From a virus (Duplodnaviria; Caudoviricetes): DNA of 64,000 nucleotides. The notes below the pieces were generated by a model that did no database searches, was not told the origin of the DNA, and worked only from the letters and a program-made list of their open reading frames with translations. The translations under genes were made by a program, and so were the position numbers. Each line of letters starts with the position of its first letter. Within the stretch, counting starts at the first letter, position 1. The stretch lies in the IMG/VR virus record IMGVR_UViG_3300044608_000145, positions 1 to 64,000 of that record; one strand, 5' to 3'. Shown piece by piece: positions 17,955-27,031 of the stretch.

Positions 17955-18827
17955 TTACTTCTTCTTCTTTTCTGCTTGTTTTTGCTTGTTAATTAAACCA
18001 GTATCCGCAGTTGCAGAAGCACCGATAGAAGCAAGAGCAGACAGCGAACCACCAAAGGTGTAAGTACCAGTGTGTTGTAGTTCCATCCACGGACATAGCC
18101 AGATTGTTCCGCCCATCTTGATTACATTCTGACAGAACATGTAGTCTTCCGACAAATAACGCTTCGTCGCAGGATCGATGATGCAGTCGAAGTAAGCATG
18201 GATTTCACGAGTACCATCAAACGCAGCAGTGCGAACGTGGTCTGGTTTGTAGCTGTATTGCGGATAAGCAGCTTTGTATTCATCGAACACTTTGCGCTTA
18301 ATCATCATGAAGCCAGTTCCGATTTCAAGAACCTTTGCTGGTTCATTTAGTTTGATTTCAGTTTGGCCAGCATCAACGATTGGATTGAACACAAAGTCAC
18401 CAACGTACTTTTCAAGTTCGTTAGGATTCTCGTCGCCTACACCTTTGTTGACAGCTTGTACGATCTTTTCCCAAGAGATACATTTCTTAGGATATGGACC
18501 ACCGATGATATCATACGGAGATTCATCATCCTGCAATGCAAGCAACGACAGAACGTCGTTAGGGTTGAATCCGATATCCGAGTCGATAAACATCATGTGA
18601 GTTGAATCAGAACGTAAGAACTCATCAACGCAATAGTTACGAGCGCGAGTAATCAGCGATTCATTGAACAGATAGTAAACGCGCATCTCGATACCATACT
18701 TGACGCACATAGCAGTCAAGTCAGCAACAGAACGACAGTAAGTACCGTGGCATTGTCCGCCGTACATAGGTGTTGCGACAAACAGTTTACGCTTGCGCAA
18801 TTCTTCAATTTCTACTTTAATCTCCAT
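17955..18827 (-). CDS. GT-A-fold glycosyltransferase-like protein
   Basis: VATPMYGG, ESLITRARN, FIDSD (DxD), GTGFMMIKR, LSEDYMFC. Confidence 0.7.
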   Translation of the reverse strand: MEIKVEIEELRKRKLFVATPMYGGQCHGTYCRSVADLTAMCVKYGIEMRVYYLFNESLITRARNYCVDEFLRSDSTHMMFIDSDIGFNPNDVLSLLALQDDESPYDIIGGPYPKKCISWEKIVQAVNKGVGDENPNELEKYVGDFVFNPIVDAGQTEIKLNEPAKVLEIGTGFMMIKRKVFDEYKAAYPQYSYKPDHVRTAAFDGTREIHAYFDCIIDPATKRYLSEDYMFCQNVIKMGGTIWLCPWMELQHTGTYTFGGSLSALASIGASATADTGLINKQKQAEKKKK

Positions 18828-19105
18828 TATACAATGATTCCTTGTTTTGGTGTGATGATTTTACCAGTCAATTCTTTGTAGTGATTGACTAGTGGTTCTT
18901 GTGGGTCAAGAATGCATAGGATGGAAGATTTCTCGAAATATACTTTTTCAGTGATAGCATACGGCGAGAACTTCATCAAGACCAACCCTTTATCTGGGTG
19001 CATGGCAAGCGAGTATGGATTATGTGCTACTTGAACATCAGTCATTTCAAGTTCGCAAATAATATCTTCGCCTGTAATTAGTTTTACTAGTTTGACTTCC
19101 ATCAC
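18827..19105 (-). CDS. Sm-like fold phage protein
   Basis: VKLVKLITGEDIICEL N-terminus; paralogue of the next ORF. Confidence 0.55.
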   Translation of the reverse strand: MMEVKLVKLITGEDIICELEMTDVQVAHNPYSLAMHPDKGLVLMKFSPYAITEKVYFEKSSILCILDPQEPLVNHYKELTGKIITPKQGIIV

Positions 19106-19389
19106 GGCACCGATGATACGATGCTCTTGCGAGGTTTGGTGACCTTAGCAGTAGCATTCTCAAAATCGTCAATCAATGATTCGACTGGCGTGACAATAAA
19201 CATAATATGCTTCTTATCGATGGTAACAAACTTAGCAGCAGATGTGTACTGCATGTAAGGGATGAACACTAGACGACCATCATTTACAGCAACCAACATA
19301 GCATTGGTCAACTCTACAGAGTCGCCCTTATCTTCCAGCTCAGAAATGATTTCTTCGCCAGTAGTCAATTTAATTACTTCTACACTCAT
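19102..19389 (-). CDS. Sm-like fold phage protein
   Basis: VIKLTTGEEIISEL N-terminus, FIPYM. Confidence 0.55.
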   Translation of the reverse strand: MSVEVIKLTTGEEIISELEDKGDSVELTNAMLVAVNDGRLVFIPYMQYTSAAKFVTIDKKHIMFIVTPVESLIDDFENATAKVTKPRKSIVSSVP

Positions 19390-19919
19390 TTTAATATCCT
19401 CTTCAATTTTGCCAGTTTCTTCTGGCGTTTCAATGCGAGTTCTTTCTGGACGAAAGAAGCTCGGTCAATATACTTAGTTCCATTCATATGGTCTAATTCG
19501 TGGAGAAAGCAACGAGCAGCCATGCCAGTAAACTTTCTTGTCATAATTTCGCCACTCGGTTCAGCATAACGAACCTTGATGTGGCGCGCTCGTTTAATTT
19601 TGATGCCAAGTCCAGGAAAAGACAAGCATCCTTCTTCCAACATAATTTCCTCGCTAGATTCGTCAATCAATTTAGGATTGAAACAAACAAGAGCAGGAAC
19701 AGCTTCCATAGCAAATACTCTGTATGGCAAGCCGATCTGATTGGCAGAAAGACCAATACCACCATGATGTCGCATAGATTCAACTAGATCGTATGCTAAT
19801 TGAATTGGGTCGATGGTTGGATTATCAAAATCAAATCTTGGCATCTCTTGTGAGAGGATAGGGTCAGTATCCTTCACTAGAGCATGTATTACACCTTTAT
19901 AACTTGTTACATCTTTCAT
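19386..19919 (-). CDS. def: Peptide deformylase
   Basis: GIGLSANQIG, EGCLSFP, HELDH. Confidence 0.93.
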   Translation of the reverse strand: MKDVTSYKGVIHALVKDTDPILSQEMPRFDFDNPTIDPIQLAYDLVESMRHHGGIGLSANQIGLPYRVFAMEAVPALVCFNPKLIDESSEEIMLEEGCLSFPGLGIKIKRARHIKVRYAEPSGEIMTRKFTGMAARCFLHELDHMNGTKYIDRASFVQKELALKRQKKLAKLKRILK

Positions 19920-21268
19920 GCGAAGAATGCCTCGAGAGAAGTTGGTTTAGTTTCAAGTGCTTCTGGGTGATATCTAGCAAGCATATCTTTACCATCTTTG
20001 TCTGGCATTCCTTCGATAAACTTATACCACTCTTTGCTTTCCCACATGTTAGGTGATACACCGTTCCAAAGTGGACGCCATTCAGGATGGTCTTGGTTCA
20101 GACGACGCGCTTCTACGAAGTCACGACGCAGAGTTTCATATTCCCACGAGCCAAGTTCTTTCATGTTCTCACGGAAGTAACAGACGATAGACATACGCTC
20201 AACGCAGTCCATACAGCAGTTGTCGTCTGGTGGTAGAATTTCCGTATTACCGTGGATTGCTGTGTGGTTAGCAATAAGCAACACATCTCCTGGGCGGATA
20301 TTTACAGCTACTCGGAACTCTGGCAATACCAAATAGCCACCGCGATAGTCTTTGCCATTGGTAACGACACCAAGGTTAGAGAATCCTGGTCCAAGATCGC
20401 CAGCATCTCGATGTGCGGCAGTACGGAAATTCTTGTTAATAGTAATCGTGGTAAAGACAGTATCTTCAGCGACACGGAAACGCTTGTCTAGCCTGTCAGA
20501 ATATTCTTTCTGAACGCCATAGCGTTGTGGTAATAGATTTTTGAAGAACTTATCTAGCTTACGGAAGTATGGAAATGCTTTCTCAAACAGTTCTGGATGT
20601 TTCCAGTTGTAGGCGCAGATACGACCATAAGGGATGCGCGGATAACGGTCAAAGAAACCAGCGATACCTGAGTTGACAACAGTAGCGTAGGTCGTGCCAG
20701 AAATACAGTCAGCCATTTCTTTGGCTTGCTTGACTTGTTCTTCTTTAGATAGCTTGACTGTCTTGGCTAACCAAGTGTCAAAGAAACCTTCGTATTCTTC
20801 GTTTGGTTCTAGACGAGCAGTAATCTTGTTGCGTAGCCAAACCAGACCACGAGTTGACTCAGCTTTGAAGCTGGCTTTCTCAGCAATCAACGTCTGTACT
20901 GGGTCAGAACCATCGAGTGTGGCTGATGGATGCGACATTGCGTCAAGCACTGCAGTTTGCCAATCAGTCACCCAGTCGCGACCACCGCATGTATCAGTTT
21001 TTGGTCCTGCTGCAAGTCCACGATTCTGACTTTCAGTAGCACCCTTGATTAGTCCTTCGTATGCGCCAAGTTGTTCTTCGGCGGTGTAAACTCCCTTACG
21101 GAATTTGAATGCGATGTTGTGTTCGCCATTTCCTGGGAACAACGTATTATTTGGAACATAGAAATCACAATCTTCTTCAATCAGAAGATCGTAGTGTGAT
21201 TCGTCTAGGAACGTACCCAACAAGTGTTCGCAATTAAGCCACTTGTCAGCTGTAATTATTTTAGTCAT
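19916..21268 (-). CDS. TET/JBP-family 2OG-Fe(II) dioxygenase (5-methylpyrimidine hydroxylase)
   Basis: FTTITINKNFRTAAHRDAGD (HxD), GGYLVLPE, HGNT, ERMSIVCYFRE. Confidence 0.8.
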   Translation of the reverse strand: MTKIITADKWLNCEHLLGTFLDESHYDLLIEEDCDFYVPNNTLFPGNGEHNIAFKFRKGVYTAEEQLGAYEGLIKGATESQNRGLAAGPKTDTCGGRDWVTDWQTAVLDAMSHPSATLDGSDPVQTLIAEKASFKAESTRGLVWLRNKITARLEPNEEYEGFFDTWLAKTVKLSKEEQVKQAKEMADCISGTTYATVVNSGIAGFFDRYPRIPYGRICAYNWKHPELFEKAFPYFRKLDKFFKNLLPQRYGVQKEYSDRLDKRFRVAEDTVFTTITINKNFRTAAHRDAGDLGPGFSNLGVVTNGKDYRGGYLVLPEFRVAVNIRPGDVLLIANHTAIHGNTEILPPDDNCCMDCVERMSIVCYFRENMKELGSWEYETLRRDFVEARRLNQDHPEWRPLWNGVSPNMWESKEWYKFIEGMPDKDGKDMLARYHPEALETKPTSLEAFFA

Positions 21269-21290
21269 ATATTCTCCGATTCAAAATTGT

Positions 21291-21319
21291 ATTATACCAT
21301 AATTTAAGCATTAAGTAAA
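21291..21319 (-). promoter_or_regulatory. Promoter TTTACT-N17-TATAAT for the TET/JBP gene
   Basis: The -35 overlaps the last codons of the upstream GT. Confidence 0.7.
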
Positions 21320-22663
21320 GAAATCTTCTAGGGTGCTAACAGCAACAGGTTCGAAGTGTTCTTCCCATATTTTATCTGCGACAGGTTGTACTTTCGGGTC
21401 AACACTCAAAGAACCAACTTTGTTCTCTGGCATCTCTCCGCCAGGATTTCCTAATGCTAAATCAATATATTGTTGCGCAATTCTCTTGCGAGAAAACTTC
21501 TTGAGAAGTTTATAATTATTTTCGCGAATACGATTATATTCTTCCTCGGATATATTTAGAAAATCGTTTACTAGATTTCCGAACTGTTTCGGGGTTGCAT
21601 CGTGCGGAATCATTAGGTAATTCATGTTTGGTTTAAGTAGCATACCAACACCATCCTCGCGTTCGGAAACACCAAAGTTTCTAGCGATAGGAACGACACC
21701 AGCGCGGATAGCATCAATCACAACACGATTGAAGTGTTCGCCGTATGTGTTAGACCAAGAGGTGTCGATTAGGAATTTAGATTCAGAAAGAATAGCGTCG
21801 CGTTTGGCTTCTGTAATAAAACCGATATAATCCATTCTACCAGTTTTCGTAGCGTTATCCCAGATCTTGTTACCAACCATATCAGTTGTAGCATCTGGAT
21901 CCGACTCAGCAGTACAGAAATACTCTTCTTTACATTTGTCTGGCGACGTCATATAGTTTCTTTCGATACCATCACCAGCAATGATAATCTTTTCTGCGCA
22001 GATATATGGCACAGACTTAACTAGGTCATCAACTCGCTTCCAACGTTTGAATGTTTGTAGCGAAAGAATCTGTCGCTTTAGTGAAGAGAACTCTGGAGCA
22101 ATTGGTCTGTTCTCGACATCCTGTGGATTGAGAATAAGATTTCTCGGAACTGGCATAAACTCAGCTTGTTTGTATGCACTCGGATGCACACACGCTAGAC
22201 CAGCAAACTTATGACTAAACTTATAGATCCAGCTGTATAGCTTCTTTAGATTACCGTCATGAATAACAACAAGTTGTTTAGCGTTGACGTTTTCTATCAT
22301 CGGCTTCCACGCAGTAAACAATTCAGTTTCGCTGTTCTTGAAGCCAAAGATGGATTGCCAAATCAATATGTCATGTTTGTTAGCATCAGCTACGAAGCGG
22401 TCAATACAATCTTGATTCTTGAACGAATAGTATGGCGCATTCCATCCCTTTCCTTGATGAACAGGAAGACCTGTACCAGCACCAAACTCATAGCCTTCTG
22501 GCAGATCGGTGGTGTTTACAGGTCGTGGGGATTGAGCGGATGGTTTGAGATAAGCGAACGTAACATCATGACCCAGTTCTTTCAAGCCAGCGATTAGTTG
22601 TTCGTTGTGAGCAATGATGCCACCAAAGTTATTGAAGGTGTGCATCGCAACCATAATTTTCAT
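21311..22663 (-). CDS. GT-B glycosyltransferase, probably DNA-modifying
   Basis: GGIIAH...LKELGHDV N-terminus, KRWKRVD, IAGDG, EHFNRVVIDAIRAGVVPI (GT4-like); adjacent to TET/JBP. Confidence 0.75.
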   Translation of the reverse strand: MKIMVAMHTFNNFGGIIAHNEQLIAGLKELGHDVTFAYLKPSAQSPRPVNTTDLPEGYEFGAGTGLPVHQGKGWNAPYYSFKNQDCIDRFVADANKHDILIWQSIFGFKNSETELFTAWKPMIENVNAKQLVVIHDGNLKKLYSWIYKFSHKFAGLACVHPSAYKQAEFMPVPRNLILNPQDVENRPIAPEFSSLKRQILSLQTFKRWKRVDDLVKSVPYICAEKIIIAGDGIERNYMTSPDKCKEEYFCTAESDPDATTDMVGNKIWDNATKTGRMDYIGFITEAKRDAILSESKFLIDTSWSNTYGEHFNRVVIDAIRAGVVPIARNFGVSEREDGVGMLLKPNMNYLMIPHDATPKQFGNLVNDFLNISEEEYNRIRENNYKLLKKFSRKRIAQQYIDLALGNPGGEMPENKVGSLSVDPKVQPVADKIWEEHFEPVAVSTLEDFFT

Positions 22664-22665
22664 AA

Positions 22666-23070
22666 TTAACCTTTAAGTCTAGATCTTAATTCACTTGTGC
22701 TTAGTTTATGGCTTCGGCGATTATAATAAATCTCAATGTTATTGTCAATACAGAACTGTTTACCAGTAAATTCTTTCTCAATGTAATCAGAACCGATAAT
22801 ACGAACATCAATCGGCAGGATTGCCAACAAATCCATCAAGTCAGCTTCGGTAGCATAAACATAGATTTCGTCTACGAACTTGCATGCACGAAGTTGAATG
22901 AATCTTTCGGTGACAGTTTGTATTGGTTTGTTCTTTTCTGGGCGATCGATAGTCGGGTCAGTTTGAAGACCAGCAATCAACCAATCACAGTTCTCTTTTG
23001 CTTCTTCTAACATAGCAACATGACCTGCGTGTAGCAGGTCAAAAGCTGAAGCGGTAAATCCTACTTTCAT
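22666..23070 (-). CDS. TagD/RfaE-type cytidylyltransferase
   Basis: FDLLHAGH (HxGH), NKPIQ..ER, RSHKLSTSELR; start MKVGFTAS at 23070. Confidence 0.85.
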   Translation of the reverse strand: MKVGFTASAFDLLHAGHVAMLEEAKENCDWLIAGLQTDPTIDRPEKNKPIQTVTERFIQLRACKFVDEIYVYATEADLMDLLAILPIDVRIIGSDYIEKEFTGKQFCIDNNIEIYYNRRSHKLSTSELRSRLKG

Positions 23071-23076
23071 AATAAT

Positions 23077-23105
23077 ATTATATCCTATTTTGGGCAATTA
23101 GTAAA
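23077..23105 (-). promoter_or_regulatory. Promoter TTTACT-N17-TATAAT, 6 nt before the ATG (leaderless)
   Basis: Exact consensus, no SD. Confidence 0.75.
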
Positions 23106-23106
23106 A

Positions 23107-24816
23107 TTATGCGATGCGACTGAAATTGCCTTGTTTCTCAAACTTAATGATGCTATGGAACTTGTCGTATAGAGCATCGCCTTTGTGCGAGATAATGAAT
23201 GTGTTATTATCCGCAGTGAGATTATTTAGAATCTTTAGGAACTCGTCTGTACCAACACCGTCAAGCGAACTGTCAAACACTTCGTCCATAATCAGCAGGT
23301 TTGTGGTTGCTGAGTTTCTCATCTTAGCGATAGCACGCCAAGTGAACAATACAGCCAGATTGATTCGCATCTTCTCACCCTCGGAGAACGAGTTGTACGA
23401 GAACTCATCACGGAAGCGCGACTTAATCTTTTCATTAAACTGTTCGTCCAACTCAAAGTGAACGAAGAAGTCCATCGCAGCCAGATACTTGTTAATCAGT
23501 TTATTCATGATAGGAATATACTGACGGATAATCTTTGTCTTGATGCCACCGTCTTTGAGTAGAGCAGAAGCAGCAGACAGAACAGCGTTTCGTTTTGATA
23601 GCATCTCACGTTTAGCTTCGATCTCAGCCAGTTCTTCTTTCAACGCAAGCAACGTAGCAGTCGACTCGGTTGTATCTTGTTCTACGGACAAAGAAGCATT
23701 TTCAGTTTCTAGTGCTTTGTAGTTTCGTTTCTCAGATTCAATTTGAGCCGTCACTACTTTGATTTGTTCGTTTGCTTTAATCATCGCTTGACGAGTTTGT
23801 TTGATATTATCAAGACGAGCAGTCACTTGAGTCTGCTCGCCGTCGATAATTTCTAGTTCTTCTTTGATAGAAACTAGAGTAGCATTCTTGTTACTTACCG
23901 CCGACTCTTTGAAGTCATGCGCGATACCCTGCTTACAGGTAGGACAGTTTTCGTTGTCGTGAAAGAATTTGATTTCTTTCTCAAGCAAGAACATACGATC
24001 CCATAGACGAACGCGATTATCTGAAAGATCATTAGCTTTCTGTAATACTTCAGCTTCGTCGCTAACACCAAGTTCAAGAGTAACATACTCGTTTTGATAA
24101 TCTTTGATTGACCCACGCAGTCCAACGATAGTCTTTGCGATTTCTTTAATCTTTGCATTGTTGGCTTGAATACGAGTATCTTTATCTTTACGGACACTTG
24201 CGAGATACTTCTGTTCCATTGCAATCTTTTCAGAACATAGGTCAGCAGCATACTTGGTATCTGCCACTTCTACTTTATTAGAAGCAACCTTTTCTTTTAG
24301 AATATTGTTCATAGAAGTAAAGATTTGAATGTCAAGTAGATCTTCAATTACTTCGCGTCGTTGGTTTGCTGGCAACTGCATGAATGGCACATACGTTGAT
24401 GAACCAAGAACAACTACCTGAGAGAACGAACGATGGTTCAGTTTCAGAATAGTTTTTTCTAGGAACTCTTGGTAATCACGATTAGCTGAATCCTGATTAA
24501 ACATCGCGCCATTCTTGTAGATTTCAAACAGATTAGGTTTGATACCACGAACAACTTTATATTCATCGCGACCAACCGTAAACTCAATTTCTACAACAGC
24601 GTCTTTATTATTGATGCTGTTAATCAGTTGCGGCTTGTTAATCTTACGGAATGGTTTGTTATACAGCGCGAACGAGATAGCGTCAAGGATGGTAGATTTA
24701 CCTGCACCATTCTGACCGACAATCAACGTGGACTTGGATTTATCCAGCTTGACTTCGGTAAACACGTTGCCAGTCGACAGGAAGTTCTTCCAGCGAACTA
24801 CTTTGAAGTTTATCAT
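23107..24816 (-). CDS. gp46: Rad50/SbcC-like recombination nuclease subunit
   Basis: GQNGAGKST, CPTC zinc hook, FSEGE, LIMDEVFD. Confidence 0.95.
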   Translation of the reverse strand: MINFKVVRWKNFLSTGNVFTEVKLDKSKSTLIVGQNGAGKSTILDAISFALYNKPFRKINKPQLINSINNKDAVVEIEFTVGRDEYKVVRGIKPNLFEIYKNGAMFNQDSANRDYQEFLEKTILKLNHRSFSQVVVLGSSTYVPFMQLPANQRREVIEDLLDIQIFTSMNNILKEKVASNKVEVADTKYAADLCSEKIAMEQKYLASVRKDKDTRIQANNAKIKEIAKTIVGLRGSIKDYQNEYVTLELGVSDEAEVLQKANDLSDNRVRLWDRMFLLEKEIKFFHDNENCPTCKQGIAHDFKESAVSNKNATLVSIKEELEIIDGEQTQVTARLDNIKQTRQAMIKANEQIKVVTAQIESEKRNYKALETENASLSVEQDTTESTATLLALKEELAEIEAKREMLSKRNAVLSAASALLKDGGIKTKIIRQYIPIMNKLINKYLAAMDFFVHFELDEQFNEKIKSRFRDEFSYNSFSEGEKMRINLAVLFTWRAIAKMRNSATTNLLIMDEVFDSSLDGVGTDEFLKILNNLTADNNTFIISHKGDALYDKFHSIIKFEKQGNFSRIA

Positions 24817-25895
24817 GCTTCGCGCTCCGCGCTCAATGCTTCTTGATATAATTCAGTCAGCAAGTTGTTAAGGTCTTTAGCCATAGTTTGTTCAGTTTCA
24901 GGTAGATACTGGGCGACGAACTTACGCATGATAGTCAGCGTGTCTTCGGCTTCGTCGACGATGTCAGCGTCATCTTCTAGGTCGAGGTTGAGATGGTCTT
25001 CTACGATTTGTAGGTCAAGAACACCAGTCTTTTCAATCTTGTCAACGACGATATCAAACCAGTAAGGGTTTGTCTTGTTGCGAACAATCAGCTTTACAAA
25101 CGAATTACTAAAACCACTAAAGTCTTGTTCGATGACTTCTTCCATAGTTTTATTCACGTCGTCATACAGGACTTTGTGAAACATAGGAAATGGATTTTGT
25201 ATGAACGTCAGCTCGCGCGACTCTGTGTCAAATATATGAAAGCCACGCGGATCGTTATAATCCGACCAAGTCATTTCATATGGTGCACCAAGATAGTTGA
25301 TATTACCTTTGGTGGATTTGTGATGGAAGTGACCTGACATTACAACGTCGAACTTATCAAATAGTTTTGAATCGAAGCCATGGTCGTTGCCAACAACACC
25401 CTTATACATTTCGAAGCCAGCCAACTCTAGGTGACCGATTAGAACTTGTGCGGGAGTGTCATTAATAAAGTCCATAGACGACTGATAATTACCAGAGCAG
25501 ATCCATGGTAGGAATGCTACGTCAAGTCCATCAAAGTTAAGCGTCTTGGCTTCGGATACGATATGCATATTTTCGTAGTCAGCGAACAGCAACTCCATCG
25601 TATTGACTTCGTTGGTATTCTTATAATATGCAGTATGATTACCCACGATAGTATAAAGCTGAACGTTGCGTGTACGCAGTTCGTCGAACCACATATCCTT
25701 GGCAGCTTTAAGCGAGTGGAAGTTGATATACTTACGGCGATCGAATGTGTCACCGCCATCCCAGACGACTTTAATATCGTTGGCGTCTATGTATGGTAAA
25801 ACTACCTCGCGATAGAATTTCGCTTGGTAGTCATAAAAGGCGACGTTGTCATTGCGAACACCGAAGTGTTGGTCAGTTAAAATAGCAATTTTCAT
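24813..25895 (-). CDS. gp47: Mre11/SbcD-like recombination nuclease subunit
   Basis: TDQHFG, GDTFD, GNH, SGHFH. Confidence 0.95.
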   Translation of the reverse strand: MKIAILTDQHFGVRNDNVAFYDYQAKFYREVVLPYIDANDIKVVWDGGDTFDRRKYINFHSLKAAKDMWFDELRTRNVQLYTIVGNHTAYYKNTNEVNTMELLFADYENMHIVSEAKTLNFDGLDVAFLPWICSGNYQSSMDFINDTPAQVLIGHLELAGFEMYKGVVGNDHGFDSKLFDKFDVVMSGHFHHKSTKGNINYLGAPYEMTWSDYNDPRGFHIFDTESRELTFIQNPFPMFHKVLYDDVNKTMEEVIEQDFSGFSNSFVKLIVRNKTNPYWFDIVVDKIEKTGVLDLQIVEDHLNLDLEDDADIVDEAEDTLTIMRKFVAQYLPETEQTMAKDLNNLLTELYQEALSAEREA

Positions 25896-25903
25896 TATAA
25901 GAT

Positions 25904-25932
25904 ATTATACCCTATTCAGGGTCATTAGTAAA
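25904..25932 (-). promoter_or_regulatory. Promoter TTTACT-N17-TATAAT, 8 nt before the gp47 ATG
   Basis: Exact consensus overlapping the end of gp55. Confidence 0.7.
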
Positions 25933-26502
25933 TGATTGAGTGAGAACTGTGTCAATAGACTTCTTGACCTTTGCAGTCTTGGCTTTCTTTTTCTCTTCGA
26001 TCTTGTCTTCAAAGTTCTTCACGAAATCATTAATGTAGTCGGTGTCTTCCATTACTGCTACGTCAAAATCTTCACCAGAGTTTCCTTCTTGTAGGTGATG
26101 CATTGCGCCATCAACCATCTGTTGGTGATACACTTTATGTTTGACGTAAACTTGCTTCTTTTCTTTTTGGATTCTACGCAGAAACGCATAGTAGATAATC
26201 TGAGTAAAGTAAGAGAATGGATTATTAGATCTGTCAGGATTAAAGTTATCAAAATAAGTGATGCAGTTTTCTAGACCATCAGCAATCATTTCATCGCGAT
26301 ATGAATAGTTGATAAAGTTAGGTCTGTATGATAACTTTGTGGCTATCTTATAAAGACACTCACCGATATACTTTGGTATCTTTGGTTTCGGTAGCCCTTG
26401 TTCTGATGCATCAAGGCATGCTTGTTTGTAGTCCTTCATCGCTGCATAGAACTCGAGGTTGCTTACATAGTGGTTAGATTTTGGTGGGGCTGGCTGTTTC
26501 AT
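25912..26502 (-). CDS. gp55: Late sigma factor
   Basis: HYVSN.EF, YIGEC, RPNFINYSYRDEMIADG.ENC, NPFSYFTQI. Confidence 0.95.
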   Translation of the reverse strand: MKQPAPPKSNHYVSNLEFYAAMKDYKQACLDASEQGLPKPKIPKYIGECLYKIATKLSYRPNFINYSYRDEMIADGLENCITYFDNFNPDRSNNPFSYFTQIIYYAFLRRIQKEKKQVYVKHKVYHQQMVDGAMHHLQEGNSGEDFDVAVMEDTDYINDFVKNFEDKIEEKKKAKTAKVKKSIDTVLTQSFTNDPE

Positions 26503-26525
26503 TTAATTCCTTTTATCATACACCT

Positions 26526-26554
26526 ATTATATTACTTTTGTTCCTATTAGTAAA
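26526..26554 (-). promoter_or_regulatory. Promoter TTTACT-N17-TATAAT for gp55
   Basis: Exact consensus. Confidence 0.75.
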
Positions 26555-26612
26555 ATAACTTTACCAATTACCAGTTTGACAGTATAATATTAGGTGTACT
26601 CCCGTTGATATA

Positions 26613-27029
26613 TTAATGCACGGAGTTATTAGAAGTTGGTAGCTTAAACGTCACAACGTTATCTTCGATTTCATCATCCAGTTCATCTGGAAGTTCACCC
26701 TCTTGAGCCTTGAGTCCAAGGATATCATCTTCAAGAAGCTCATCGTAGATCTTACCATACTTCTCTACGAAGTTAGTGTAATATCCAATAATCTTTTCAT
26801 TCGGTTTGCTCATAGCAACAATCTTTGGCTTCATGATAGCAACCAAATTATTCTTACTGAATGGCATCATCTTTGTGGTGGAAACAGAAGTGGTTCCCAT
26901 AGCATTTGGCTGTAATCGAATACTGATTGGATAACCTATGATGATTTCTCCCTCGGTTTCGTTTTTCAGTTCGCCGACGATAAAGTTATCGGAGTCACTT
27001 AGCTTCATTAATATAAACATATTTTTCAT
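26613..27029 (-). CDS. Hypothetical Sm-like protein between uvsW and gp55
   Basis: ILMKLSDSDNFIVGEL N-terminus, acidic tail; typical position. Confidence 0.55.
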   Translation of the reverse strand: MKNMFILMKLSDSDNFIVGELKNETEGEIIIGYPISIRLQPNAMGTTSVSTTKMMPFSKNNLVAIMKPKIVAMSKPNEKIIGYYTNFVEKYGKIYDELLEDDILGLKAQEGELPDELDDEIEDNVVTFKLPTSNNSVH

Positions 27030-27031
27030 AA

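Noticed and set aside
26560-26590. Plus-strand TTGACA and TATAAT near gp55
   Set aside because: Only 3 nt apart; alternative pairings are weak and there is no credible plus-strand gene
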